A stretch of DNA of 63,859 nucleotides, filler included, from Reticulomyxa filosa (GCA_000512085.1; 18 parts of 18 records of this genome joined end to end with filler, not necessarily neighbours in it); one strand, 5' to 3'; positions 13,061-26,917 are shown, counted from the first letter of the whole stretch. Program-made: numbers and translations. Notes: generated by a model from the letters alone, not told the origin.

Positions 13061-14660
13061 ATTTTTTTGCAGTTCGAAGCATACATTTATTAAAAGATAT
13101 GTTTGTGTTTGCATTATCAAAATTTTGGAACATGTAAGAGTACGTTTTGAAGTATAGGATTGGTGATAAACTACAAAAGAGGAACGAAACTATCTTTATC
13201 TTTTTTAAAAAAATTTAACGGATGTGATGTCTTTCGTTTTCTTGGGTATAAAACAAAAAGGCATGAAAAAAAATAAAGTCGAAATCCAAAAGGTTCGACA
13301 AACTGTATTGAACTGGAAAAATAACAAAGATAAAATTGCTTATGTATAAAGTAATTAAGAACAAACAAAATCAAAAACAACTCTTGCAAACAAATTAAAA
13401 AAACATAAGTTCTTATTTAATCTTGTTGTTGATTTTACTTTTTTTATATCTAGTTCATAAATCTCGAAACTTATGAATTTTTAAAAATTGTAATTAGTGG
13501 TGTTTCTAGAGTTTAAGCTGTTAGAATAGTTTGGAGTGTTGTGATTGTTGGAATAGCTAGAATAATTTGAAGAATTGACGCTACGATTTTCACGGACCAA
13601 AACGGTCCTTCCTAAAAAAAACAAAAATAAAATATCTAAATAAAAAAAAATGTTATTAACTTGTTAGTGGAACAACCAACAAGACTGAGTTGGCTTTTTC
13701 TTTCCTGCATCATAACTAATTAAAAAAACGAGGGGCAATATATCAAAAAATGAATTTTTTGAACTTTAAAAGTAATGTAAGAAATGTTGAAAATAAATTA
13801 AAGATTTACAATTATATCATAAAAAATTTGAATAAAACAAAAAACAAATACAAACAAAATAAATACTTTAAATACTAAAGTAACTAAAAAATTCCAAAAA
13901 AATTATTGACACGTATTACAAAGTATTTTGTACAAAATGGAAAAAAGTCAGCATTTCATTGACACTATTTTGAAAATATATAAAATTTTTTGTTAATTAC
14001 ATGATTCTTTAAAGTAGAAATTTGATTATTTTAATAGTTGAGTAATTTTGTCATCAATGTATAAAGTCCAATTTATTGTTATTTCATTTTTTCAAATATT
14101 ACTTTTGATGTTATTTAAACATCAACATCTTTTAAGATAAATTGAAGGAGAATAAATTTTCACAAAGCTCTTGCAAGCGATCTAAATTTTTTTTTGATTT
14201 TTCCACCAAGATGTGTTTAAAGATAGTTTGAAACTTAAAAATTAAAAAATATATGTTTTTAAAAATTTTCTTATCAATTGAAAAAAAAAGTAAAAATATT
14301 TTTCCATAGCTGGGAGGGGAGAAAAAAAAAGAATTTAACTAAAAAAAGGAAAGAGTGATAGCGACATGAAGAGTGCATGGCCGATCAAATAGGAAAAGCA
14401 AATGTATTGTAAACACAAATAGAATTAAAAAGAGAAAATATTTTATCTTATTTATAAATTATTAGCTACCTTTAATAGACTACTTCTTATGAAAATTATA
14501 TTTGCAAAAGTAATTAATCTCTACAAAAAAAACGCTACTGTCAAAAAAAACTTGGCGTGGAATTTGACAAAAATTTCTTTTTTTTTACTTAAGAAATAGT
14601 TTAAGCTGAAGTTCTAAAAAATTTATTAAAGAGGAGCATATGAGAACTACATGATTTATA

Positions 14661-15338
14661 ATGGAAGGAAAACAAGACACAATAACTGCTGAAAAAAACT
14701 CAGAAGACAATTTGTTGCAACAATCTTGTTCACATTTTACTGGGTTACAACACTGGCTAACAAAAACTGTACAAAGTGTTGCAGATCAAACACATGAAAG
14801 TATAAGCGAAATATGTGATTCAGTATTTGTAATAGGAAATGATAACAATGGTGGAATTCGACAATATCATGTAATAGGATCATTATTTGCAATTCATAGT
14901 AAAGTATTTGAAAAAATGTTATTTGGTGCAATGTCAGAATCTCAACCATCATCTTATTTATCCAAAGAAAAAAATATACAATCATTAGATGAAGAAGAAA
15001 TAATAAAAAATAAAAAAAAATATGTCCAAATTGAAGATATATCTAAAATAACATTTGAATTTTTATTATCAATGATTTATGGATTAAATCCTAAATTAAC
15101 AGAATCAAATTGTGTTGATATTTTATATATTAGTAAAAAATATTTAATACATCATCTTACTCAAAGTGTGATAACATTTATAATTGAATCAATTGGAAAT
15201 AATCCCAAAAATATTAATAAATTATTACAAATTTTGATGCGAATATATGATTATGGATTACAAGATGAATTAAATTTATTATTTATGCAATGTAAAATTC
15301 TTCAAATGAATTGTGCTGCACAAATTATTGCTTCTGAT
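14661..15338 (+). CDS. BTB/POZ domain protein, 3'-truncated by contig end
   Basis: CDSVFVIG...YHVIGSLFAIHSKVFEKMLFGAMSES...IEDISKITFEFLLSMIYG...SKKYLI. Confidence 0.88.
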
Positions 15339-16706
15339 NNNNNNNNNNNNNNNNNNNNNNNNNNNNNNNNNNNNNNNNNNNNTTAATTAATTAANNNNNN
15401 NNNNNNNNNNNNNNNNNNNNNNNNNNNNNNNNNNNNNNATTGTATTAGTCTGGGTGAGACTCGCACTCACATCTATGCGAACTGCCTGAGTTTTCGGTGA
15501 AGTATATTACTATTAAGGGCAGCACAACTTGTGGGTAACTAATGCAGTCCTTAATATTCTGGAAACTTGTTCCAGATATATATCTCGGTAAAAACCAAGT
15601 AGCGTAATGCTTCAAACACACACAAACACCACATCCGTGGCAAACGTTTCAAACATCACATCTAGTGACAGATGCATGCTCTACTTTGAGCTACCAGACA
15701 ATTTCATTTTTGATATTATCTTATTTCGCATAATGGGTATATTGTTGGATTGTACTATCATAATCATAATTCAGTTAAAAATAAAATTTTTTCAATATCG
15801 AAATAAATGCATTCAACAACTAGCTCTTGCTTGATTCGAGTTTAGTTCTCATGTTTGTTAATCATATAACAACACTTTTTCTCTATTAAAACTTTACATA
15901 GTAGATTTTTGTCTAGTGGGTCTCGTCTCAATAATACAGAAACAATGTTCTCTTAGACACAAGACATGATGTTTGAAGAATACATAAAGCAATACGAAAT
16001 CAAAAAGAGAAATTATTAAAAAAGCACTTTATTTGTATGAGACATACACTAACAGCACCAAAACTACAATGTTACGCAAAGTCACAACACATCTGCCATT
16101 CTTCCAAAAACAGATTATTTTATTGGAAAACCAAAAATATTTATCAACAACGTGCGTATTCATTATTTTTACTTTTTCCATTTGTAAAAGGAAAATTCTA
16201 AGTTTTAAAAATTTTTGCTTGACTTTGAAATTGCAAAAAAAAAAGTTGTAATTTTTCGTAGTAATGCAATTGTCAAATATGGCAAAACAAAGAAACTCCA
16301 CGACGACCTCGTCATTGGAGCATTTACTTCCGTTAGTTTAGGTAGCAGCAGTATCTGCTTTTATAATAATTTAGAAAATAGGATGAAATATAACTTCGAA
16401 CTCTATTTGCACACACTTTCACATTTTTTTGGGAGGAACCAACCTAAAGGTTCTGTTCGAAAGCCTCTTTTTCTCAGTATTAAAAAATTTGATGGCATGA
16501 TAAGTTCTATGACAAGGGAGTATGAAATGGAGAGAACTTAGCAAAAAAAAAGGGCTTGCTTTAAAACAAATATTGATAAGATTGTACTCTTTTTTTTTTT
16601 GAGCTATCTTTCAACTCTACCATCTTCATTTAATGAAAGTGACATATCACATGATGGGTCTTATCAACCCCTCTTTTTCCTTTTTGTGATCATATTTTTG
16701 GTTGGC

Positions 16707-17247
16707 TTATCCAGTGGCATGTGGATTGTCCATTGGTGCAATCTTCAAATCAGGATGTCTAGTTGGATAATTATAAATTTTGATGTTATCAAAGTCAAAG
16801 TCGTTTTGTAATTCCAATGCTGCCACACGTGACATTGTTCGAAGTTTGTCAGTTTCACCGAAGCGGCTATTGTTATTATCGACACCAATCATTATTATTG
16901 TGAGTACTGTCAATTTAAATTAAAAAATTAAAAAACAAAAACAAATGATGTGGTTTAAGGATTAACAATTTGTCTTCTTCATTCTTGTAAAGAGGGAACA
17001 ACCGATTCAAAATATCTCTTTGCATTTCCACATTGTATTTTTGATTTCTTCGGTAAACCGCCATCTTATATACTCCCATCACCGTTCCAAGACATGCAAT
17101 TGGATAGAACAGCGCTATTATGCGAAAGTCTCCAATTCTTGCTTTACGAAAACCTAGGCGCGCTTCTCGACGCATTCGAGCTATTTCATACGGCCTAAAG
17201 TTTTTGTAGCCTGGATGTCCACGAGAGGAATTTGTAACCTCTGCCAT
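16707..17247 (-). CDS. Possible complex I subunit NDUFA13/GRIM-19 (2 exons)
   Basis: N-terminal HPGY, one TM helix, then basic helix ending RLFPLYKNEEDK (cf. ALLPLLQAEEDR). A phase-2 intron ~16868-16966 joins ORF 16707-16913 in frame. Similarity is weak. Confidence 0.45.
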
Positions 17248-18799
17248 CACTATCTTTTCAGTTCAAAGGGTATTTTACTTTTTTTTTTTTACTTAAAAAG
17301 TTCAAAGTCCGGCCTGCGAAAGAAAATTTCTCAAAGTTTGAAAAAGAAAAGCATGTCCATTACTGTTGTTGCAAATGACTGATTGAAATATCAACACAAG
17401 GGTAAAGACAAATTATTTCTTAATTAATAATTACTTGTTAAAGCTATGCAAGAACGAAGGCTCCAGTTTATAGTATTATGTATATAAGTGTATAATGTAT
17501 TTGGTCAGTTTGCGCTTTTTTTTGATGAGCAACATGCCAATAATGAAAATTGACAATATTGGAAAAAGCAAAAAAAATTCATGAGTGCACCAAAGAAATT
17601 TACAAAGGGAATATATAAATGTTTGCAAAATGAAATTCGCAATGGAATAACAACTGACTCTTGTCAGACTGAATTTTTTATTTCAATAACAAATAAGAGA
17701 TTTTTTGGTATGCAAATCATTTACGGTTTCATAATATGGACAAATAATAATTATGTTATCTTTTACTAAAAGATTATAATATTGGAAAAAAAAAGATATA
17801 ATTTTCAAATACAAATACTTTTTAGAAACAATGGTCCACATTTTCTAGATTTCATTTATCATTTTAATTTAAAATTTGTCCAGCAGTGTTCATATTTTTG
17901 TTAAAAAGGAACTTTTGTCTTGTCGGTGATCGGGCCAGTATAATCAAAAGGAAAACCAACCAGAAACAAAACAAATAGAAAGAGAAACACAAAACGAATT
18001 GAAAAACATCTAAAAAAAAAAAAAATCAAAGAAAACAATCAAAGCCAAATAAAAAGAATGGGGGAAAAAAAAAAAGAACAACAACAAAACATAAGCATAT
18101 GATATTTGTCACTTTTGTTGCTATTTTTTTTTTTTTTAATAATCCCAAAACACTTCAAAAAAAAGGCCAGAACACCACAATATTACATATTGAAAAAAGA
18201 CAAACCAACAATAATCACAACAAAAAAAAAAAAAACAAACAATTATCAAAAAGCTCCAAAGACTATGATTTAGTAACTTTTCTTGTAACCTTTTTTGTGT
18301 AAATTGCCAATGAAAATGGCTGATCTTCGTCTGATTTGGTGTCTTCCCACAGTGCCTCTGATGACGTGCGTTTCTGTTCCTTTTAAGGTATGTATTTATG
18401 ACTCATTTGGCCGGGTNNNNNNNNNNNNNNNNNNNNNNNNNNNNNNNNNNNNNNNNNNNNTTAATTAATTAANNNNNNNNNNNNNNNNNNNNNNNNNNNN
18501 NNNNNNNNNNNNNNNNTCAATAACTCCTTTCCATTTGCGAGAAAACTCAATCATATGTCAACCAATAGTGTCTTTTTATTTTAAGCGATTTGTGATTGAT
18601 CTCTCTATGTCCACCTCAAATTATCTTTGAACTTTTTATGAAACAATAAAACACGCTACTTTTTTTTTTTAATATTACATTCCCACCATCTCCGACCCAA
18701 AATTATGTATCAAAAAGAAACCTTTTACGTTTGTAATGTAAATATCACATCTTTTGTGTGTATGTGGCTTCTATTTCCATGTGTGCTCGTGTGAACGGG

Positions 18800-19990
18800 A
18801 CAACATTTGAATACGTGAAATAAACTTTGAAAAGATTTACACCAAATCCCAGGTATTTTTTTTTAAATTTGTAAATTAACACCGATGAAATTTTTTTTGG
18901 GGGGGGGCCATAAAAAAAAAAAAGAGTTTTATGCCAACCGAGCAGCAGCGTATATGTTTTTACATCAATATGAAGACGCATTGAAAGATTGTATAAGCGC
19001 ATTAAATTTGAACTCGCAATTCCGCAAAGTAATTCTCTCTCCTTTCGCCCCTCCCCCCTTTTTTTTTCCTCCGCTTTGCTTTGCGCTGCTTGTTGTATGT
19101 GACCGACCACAAAAGAAAAGTTTGTAAAAAAGGGGGGAAACGCAAGTAAGTCGGACCAAAGTGTTACTATCAGCCTCGAAATTGATCTCATTTGATTTTC
19201 ATATTGCTTTTGTTTAAATAGGCAAATCTCCGAGCAATTAAGTGTTACACATGTCTAAGTCGTGTGGAAGAAGCCAAACAAGCTGCCGACAGTTTGTAAG
19301 AAAAAGAGATAGAGTAGGAAGGAAAAAGATATTATAGAAATAAAACAATCATAAAACAAATAAAAATAAAAATAAAAATGAACAGAGGCATTGAGTATAT
19401 ATCCAAACGACAATGAATTGCAACATAATTCAACATAAAATTCAAAGAATCCATGAAAGACTCTGGCCAATAGAATACAAATTTCTCCCCGCATTGGTAA
19501 AGCCTTACTACTCATCTCATCATCAAAGCACTGGCAGCATTGGGAAGACACACGATGAAGATATCAAAACAGAATCGAAGACCAATGAAGACAAACAAGC
19601 AGAATCAGCTAACGGAGAATGATGGGAAGGCTCGTCCGCTTCTTCGACGTCGATCAAAGGGGTCGGAGTGCTGACGAATATGAAAAGCAACAACTCACGC
19701 TATTGATACAAACGATCGAGTTGCTGTTGAATGATGACATGTCCGAATCCTTGAATTTGAAATGTCTGAAGATTAATATTCTCATTCTTTGCAAGATTAT
19801 GAACAAGCTTTGAGTATTGTGACCAATATCATGCGATTCCATCCTCAGCACACATCACTTAACAAAAAAAAAAATTTATCTATCTTTGTTGTTGTGTTGT
19901 AATCAAGTTGAGCAATTGCTTTACTCCGAACTCAAAATATCGACTCCGCTGTCAAACATACTCAAGTTTTGTGCAAACAAAGTGTGGTCG
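18800..19990 (+). CDS. TPR-repeat protein fragment, multi-exon, with frame disruptions
   Basis: FYANRAAAYMFLHQYEDALKDCISALNLNSQFRK / ANLRAIKCYTCLSRVEEAKQAA / ALSIYPND is a canonical TPR consensus. Confidence 0.7.
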
Positions 19991-20118
19991 GACAAACATA
20001 AATGGTTTGTTTGTATATGTGTGTGTATGTTATGTGCTAACGTGAAATAACGAAATGTACTGACGCAATTGATAAGTAGCAAATTCTAAAACATGGCCCG
20101 AACAATGAAGATGTGAGA

Positions 20119-21060
20119 ATGTATGCAGAAGATAAGATCCAATTAATATTGCAGAATTGGATTCGCAGATTACACATAAGATTTGGATGGATTAACGAGT
20201 TTGATAAACTCGTTATCAATTATGTTAGCTCATTTGTTCTATTTTTTTTTAAATATAAATCAAAACATCCAAATGTTAATTTGACATAGGTATATGCTGT
20301 CTTCATGTTTGACAAGTTTTGCTCATCATCCAAATTAATCAATACATTCACTGTACATACAAGCTTTGTCTATATCATTGATTATATAACATTTGGTGAT
20401 TGCCAGCTCATTTGCTCTGGATCATATGATACTACAGTTTGTGTATGTGATGTTGATAACAACAAACAAATCCAGTCATTCAACGGACATTCACGCGCTT
20501 CGTATTGTGTGAATTTTCATCATATCATTATCAAAATCATAATAAAAATGTAATTTGCTCTTCATCATATGATAACAGCATTCGTTTTGGGGATTTTAAA
20601 CAGAATAAGCAATTACAAATATTTAATGAAAACACAAAATGTGTTTATGGAATTGAATTTTCACCATTTAATGGCGGTAGATATTTGTTTTCTGGATCTG
20701 GTGGCGATACTATTCGTTTATGAGATGTTGAAACATCAAAATCATTATATGTTTTCAATAGACATGAAGATGGTATTTGTTGTGTTGATATTTCACCATT
20801 ACAAAGCAACAGCAATAATAGCAATGACAATAATAATATTGGTGTAATTGGTGGAAATGGATATACAATTTGTTCTGGATCATTTGATAATACAATTCGT
20901 TTTTGAGATATTCGATCAAATAAGAATGAATTATATGTGATTGAAGGATATAAAGAAGATTGTGGAATATCATGTCTTAAATTTATTGCATTAAAAAAGA
21001 ATTCTAAATATGATTGGAATTTATGTTATTGTTCAGCTGAGGGTTCAATTCATATATATG
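20119..21060 (+). pseudogene. WD40-repeat pseudogene (same family as 9554-11433) with N-terminal QNWIR...GWINEFDK module
   Basis: ICSGSYD, NGGRYL, IGVIGGNGYTICSGSFD repeats. In-frame TGA at 20721 and 20904 and a frameshift near 20505. Confidence 0.85.
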
Positions 21061-21399
21061 CATAATTTTTTTGGNNNNNNNNNNNNNNNNNNNNNNNNNN
21101 NNNNNNNNNNNNNNNNNNTTAATTAATTAANNNNNNNNNNNNNNNNNNNNNNNNNNNNNNNNNNNNNNNNNNNNAAAAAAAAAAAAAAATAAAACAAACA
21201 AACAGACCTCCATGTCATATCCAGCATAATCCTTTTCTACTTCATTATGTGTTAAAAATTCGATTTGAATCAATTTGTCCGTTGCCGTTTCGACTAAAAA
21301 AAAAAAAAACCAACACAACACGACATAAAAATATATAATATATTATAATATAATATAAAAGTATACGTTTTTGAACAATATGGAGAGAAAAGACACTAA

Positions 21400-22416
21400 A
21401 CAACATGACTCAGGATCTCAGTGTAAGGATAGTCTGGTATTTGCGTGGCCGTGCTGGTGACATCGCGAAGAGTGATAGTGCCCAAGTTGATAAACGAGTC
21501 AAAGCTGTACGGGAAAAGGAGACATTAGCACTCAATCCGGAGACGCTGAGATGGGCCAAAAAGAATTGTTGAGCGCACAAGACAACTTCGACAGAGGCAA
21601 GAGTGACATAGATTTTGAAGTTAGTAATGGACTTGCGTTCGACTGATTTTGCTTCGGGGTTTGAACAATTGGTCTTGTGTTTGTCTTGTTTCTTGTTGTT
21701 GTCTCTCTTCTCTGTGTTTCAGCATTTGACTGTCGTCGTTGTCGTCGTTATTGTTGTTTTGTTTCTCTTCCTTCTTGTCCATGCCCAAGGATTGGGTCAG
21801 ATACCTGCTTTCCGTTTTCTCCTTTTCCGTGGCCGGGGGAAAAAAGTTCTTCAAAATGTCCATAATGCCATAGATTGTTTCGGGTCACAAATAAAAGATA
21901 AGCGACTGTGCGCGCACATCGATTTCTTGATCCACTTTTCGATAGGTCGGGGAGTCCCTATCTTCAATTCGGTCGACACTTTGAAGAACGGGTTCTTGTC
22001 GGAGACGAGGAAAGGGGCCACATTTTTCATCGACACGAGCAGACTGGACCGGGACAAGAAACTTCGGGAATTTTCTGGTCGGAAGTTTGGTCTCCAATAT
22101 ATACATGATTTCGGACTCGTCCGACACGAGTTTGGGACAGATTTAATCTTCCACCGCCGTCTGTCCGATCGAAAACATCGCCATCATCACCCACTTCTTT
22201 AGCTCCAGTCCAAACACAATGTCATCAATGTGCGCCTGCAGCAGCAACTTTGGTGGATCTTTCGTGTCGTCGACTAGTTCAAATGCGATTGTGCGCACCA
22301 CAAATCGGAGCAAAAAGTTTACTTTTTTCGACAGTTCTTTCCGCGTCTTTTCGTCAAAGAACTCGGTTTCCACTTGTTTCATTATGGTCGACGGTTGCGT
22401 TTTTGCGCTTGTCGGA
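21400..22416 (-). CDS. VPS13-like (bridge lipid-transfer protein) internal fragment with frameshifts and stops
   Basis: IAFELVDD...LLLQAHIDDIVF; DSPTYRKVDQEIDVRAQSLIF..PETI; LGTITLRDVT...YTEILS resemble VPS13 repeating beta-groove units. Confidence 0.55.
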
Positions 22417-22516
22417 NNNNNNNNNNNNNNNNNNNNNNNNNNNNNNNNNNNNNNNNNNNNTTAATTAATTAANNNNNNNNNNNNNNNNNNNNNNNNNNNN
22501 NNNNNNNNNNNNNNNN

Positions 22517-23335
22517 GTTATTATTGTTATTATTGTTATTATTGTTATTATTGTTATTATTTTCATCATCTTCATCATCTTCATCCTCATTATCTTTATC
22601 TTCATCTTCATCCTCATTATGTGTTATCTGTAATGGACTTTCTTGAACAAAACATAAAGTAAAAATAATACATGATAATAAAATAAATGCACCAATACTC
22701 CATGAAATTGCTGTAACTACAATTAATGCAACTAACATATAACCACATGCTGCTGCTAAACCATTTTGTACACCAAAAAAACTATTTGATTGAATTTGAT
22801 GATCTACATCACATATATCACTAATTAATACTCTTAAAGGACCTTCTAAACAATTAATTACTAAATCAATTAAAAATAATGTAATTAATCCAATACAAAG
22901 TCCAAATTTTCTATCATTATTATTATCTCCTAATAATCCACCTATATATTTTGCATTTGAAAATATTATACACAAAATAAATAATAATATTCCAAAAAAT
23001 GCGATAAATGGTCTTCTACGTCCAAATTTAGATTCACAACGATCACTCCATGCACCAATACAAGGTTGAATAATTAATCCTACTAATGGTGCTGCAAACC
23101 ATGCATATCCTAAATCTCTTTCATCTAAACCTAATTCACTTAAATATGCACTTGCATCTCCACTTTCAAATGCTAATATTAATTGAACACCAAAAAAGCC
23201 TACTGATGGTAAAAAGGCAGTACGCCAAGAAGTTAAAGTAATCGCACCAGCAGAAGTAGCAGAGTTAGTTTGAGAAGTAGAAGAAGTATCCAAGGACGAG
23301 GCAAGTGTTGAACTAGAACCCAAATTTGTTGACAT
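22517..23335 (-). CDS. MFS transporter, SUC/SUT-SLC45 (GPH) family, 3'-truncated
   Basis: GFFGVQLILAFE, WFAAPLVGLIIQPCIGAWSDRCESKFGRRRPFI, DLVINCLEGPLRVLISD. Confidence 0.9.
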
Positions 23336-24317
23336 TCTTCTTAGATTAATGCAAGTTTTCTTTTGTACTGTCTTTTCCCTTTCCTACAATTCATTATCAC
23401 TACTCATCTCTTCTTTTTTCACAATTATTATTTACCTTTATGGTTTAGCATTAATGTTTTTCCTATATACAATAGAGCTTTAAAAACGTGTAAAGAAGTT
23501 TTGGTGAAAAGAAATTGAGTTTCATTCACTGATGGCCCAATGTATACGCCATGGCAGATGTTCTACAACATTTTTTTTAACGTGGTAATCTAAACAAAAT
23601 TTCAGTGTTTTTGAAAGTATACTTCAACAAGTTTGATATACTTAATGTTGGAGAGTCCTCCAAACAATTGCGTGGAAATTTCTGTAACAATTAATCATTT
23701 GCCACCAATAATAGAAAGTGCAAGTTTCAGTTGAAACAACTGCCTTTCTTTTGTGAAGCTGTTGCAAACTTTTCATCACTCTAACATAAAAAATTCTTGT
23801 TGCAAATTGTTTTTAAATAAACTAGCTCGTAAAAAAAAGATTATATAAAATTCACAAAAAAGAAGTGTTATGCATGAAATATGTACACATATTTGATTTG
23901 TTTCTATATACCGTTTCAGAAAATATAAAATATTTATTCAATGAAGTCCTCTTGACTTCGGCAACAACATTTTCAATGTCTCCAATAATATATCTAATTT
24001 TGAAATTTAAATATACACATTGGTCCACCAAAATGATCACATGCATTGCACTTTTTATAAATTTTTGTTTTTAAGATAACAGCAAATAAAAAAAAGATAA
24101 ATTTTTTCATTTTCGTTCAATAGATAATGCACAAAAAGGTTAGAAGTAATAATTGTTACATATTATATACTTAATACGCTCCAGTGTTTTTTCTGACATT
24201 TTATAAGAACATGTTTTTTAAAGTCTGTGGATAAGCAGGGGAGAAAAGAAATTTGTGCTTATCCTTTCCTAATAATTTGTAAATTTCCAGCATTTATTAG
24301 CCGTACTATAATCACTA

Positions 24318-25054
24318 ATGCGCAGTAATTTTCACAATCTTGCAAAATTGACTTCCCGTCCCTGTGGTATCTCTCGTGGTATTCGCTTAAGTTTTAAACA
24401 CAGTTTTTCAACTAGCAAAGTTGTTGAAGAGATAGAAGAAATTGTGTCAGTTCCAGCAGCAAAATCAGACAAACAATCCAATAAAATTCCTCGTTTTATT
24501 CTTTGTTGGTGAAGGGAGATTTAATTCAATGTCCACAACTCCCTTTTACTCCTCTGCAAAAAACAGTTCAGCATATGATAGTGGATGCTTATCATATTCG
24601 AGCAGGTACACATAACCTTACAACGTATGAGTCAGTTATTCGAGGAGAACATGACTGCAAAGCTGTGTCAAATTCAACACTGCAAAGAAAGCAAAGTACT
24701 GGCAATAAAGTGCACAAAGAATCAAAGAATTTTAATAATACAGAAAATGAACCCAAAAATATCGATGTTTTGATGGACGATATTTGTGAACATATGCTCT
24801 CAACACTCGGTCATGAAAAACCATCTGATTCAGAAGGTATTGAATCCAGAGTATTAGCTGTGGAGACAAATAATCGTCATTATCTTCAACGTGCAAAACA
24901 AGACTCAATACAGATAAAAGAGGCCTTGGAAAGGATCTCTTCAATGCTTAAGCAAACTGCCTCACCAAAAACATCTGAACAACATACCCGAAAATTACAG
25001 CCCTCAATAAAATTGGACAAAAAAAAATCCCAAAAAATTAAAAAAACGAAATAA
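24318..25054 (+). CDS. Hypothetical protein with mitochondrial-presequence-like N-terminus (1-nt frameshift ~24500)
   Basis: R/S-rich, acid-free N-terminus (MRSNFHNLAKLTSRPCGISRGIRLSFKHSFS). The two ORFs fuse if one T is added in a T run. Confidence 0.5.
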
Positions 25055-25682
25055 AACACAAATTGCCAACGGCTGTTTTTATTTTTTGTGCGTGAACTTT
25101 TTTGAATGAAGAACCTTTTTATTGATTGTTCAATTTTTTTTTCATGCACCCTAACGGATCGAAATATTCCAAGTGTAAAATGACTGAATTTTCAATTAAA
25201 GTATATAATGTACGTGTGCATACATATACAGGTAATTAAACCTTTCAGATATTTTACGTTTAAATTTAAGGCAGTGCTGATGTTTGTGCAATGACAGTGT
25301 AAGAATTTTTCTCGTAAAAACAAGTAAACGGATCAAATACGATATCTAATGTCTTTTGCTGCAATGTACAACATTTACATTCACTTCAGAATGTTTTTTA
25401 ATAATTGTGTGGGATAGTTTCAAAATTTTAGTATTATTTTTTGCATCTCAGCTTCGTACGACAAAATCTCAAAAAAAAAAAGTGTAATTTGGTGCAAAAT
25501 CTTTTGATATGACAGAAAAGAAAAGTCTACGGACTGACTATATTGAGAAACAGAAAAATGAAAGTATTAATTTTTCAAGGAAAGGACGACTTGTGAGTTT
25601 TTTAGTCTTTCGTCCCTTTTTCCCATCTAGTGCGGCCCTGCAAGATGGGGAGGAAAAATAACAACACAAAATAAAAAAAGTA

Positions 25683-26468
25683 TTACATGAAACCATCTTC
25701 ATACTCTTGTGCAGACATATTCATGTTTTTGTTGGAGGTGTACATTGACTCGTCTTCAAACATGCGTTCATAGCTTTTTATTTGTTGTTCCTTCTCTCTT
25801 GCTTTTTGCTTTTCTTTTTCCACTTCTTTTTGTTTTTGGACACGCTGCTTTTTGGTTTCTTCTTTTTTTCGGGCAAGTTCTCTTTCGTCTCTTGCGATTC
25901 TTTCTTTTTCCAAATCGATATATTCCACAGGACCTTTAGATGGCTTGTGTGGTTGTTTTTCGCCGTGTTTGCCTTCGTCTTTGCCGTGTTTGAGATCTGT
26001 TTTTTTCACATTGCTTAATTGTTTCACGACTTTGGTTTTCATTATTTGACGTGCCAATGCCTTGTCACCAACAACGTGTTTGATTTTGGTAACTAACTTT
26101 TCATTCGTAAAACCAATGGTCCCGATATCCATGCTAATGGATTTGCGAAGATTTGACCAAGGGGTTATTACCATATCCACTTGTTCCTTCTTACACCCGT
26201 CAATACTGTTGGCTTTGCATAGTTGCATACACTCCTGGATTACAGCTTTTGGGATTGGGTATAGTGTCAATAAATCATTGCCTGACTTCAATGCGTCCAA
26301 GTCAAATGTATAAGGCGTACGTAAGTACACGTGAGCTGAAGATAAGTCGTCCACGTGAAAAAATAAATCTTCCGGCCAACCCCAACGTATCAAATATTCG
26401 TTCTCATTCTTATCTTCCCCCATATAAATAGTATACTGGGGATCGCTGCTGGCAAAATAGAAAGGCAT
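25683..26468 (-). CDS. CCDC25: CCDC25/Jlp2 (NFACT-R domain) protein
   Basis: MPFYF...IYMGEDKNENEYLIRWGWPEDLFFHVDDLSSAHVYLR...CMQLCKANSIDGCK...TPWSNLRK...SY...MYTSN...EDGFM. Confidence 0.93.
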   Translation of the reverse strand: MPFYFASSDPQYTIYMGEDKNENEYLIRWGWPEDLFFHVDDLSSAHVYLRTPYTFDLDALKSGNDLLTLYPIPKAVIQECMQLCKANSIDGCKKEQVDMVITPWSNLRKSISMDIGTIGFTNEKLVTKIKHVVGDKALARQIMKTKVVKQLSNVKKTDLKHGKDEGKHGEKQPHKPSKGPVEYIDLEKERIARDERELARKKEETKKQRVQKQKEVEKEKQKAREKEQQIKSYERMFEDESMYTSNKNMNMSAQEYEDGFM

Positions 26469-26917
26469 GCTCCTAATATTCCAGATTGTTGAACTTCTAA
26501 AAGCGAACCCTTTTTTCATCACTGCCAAACTTTAAACACATTTCTGATGTTTAATCCTTGCAAAAACGCAAGGTTAATACATTGGCTCGTGACATTCCAA
26601 AAAAAATACTTTTGTGAAATTATCAAGTTGAAACTAAAAACATTCTTTTTCCTTGTCTTTCGCTTTATACTTGCGTCAGAGAAAAAGACATTATTGTATA
26701 TATGAAAGATAAAGATGACAAGTTATTGGAGATTACGACAATACTAGTGCTATAATTTTATTAATAAGGAAAACAATTGGCCTAGAGCCACTTCTAAACT
26801 CAATCCAACAAAATGCCATAAAATATTGAATGTATTGAGGCTCTTGATGGAAATGTTAACACTAACAAAAAAACAAAGCGAGTAGAACAACTTTTTGAAT
26901 CATGTTTTTCAGTTACC

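Noticed and set aside
20721-20906. TGA reassigned to Trp
   Set aside because: TGA ends intact genes here (Ras-like at 9223-9225, NOSIP at 6585-6587), intact WD40 genes use TGG, and this copy also has a frameshift.
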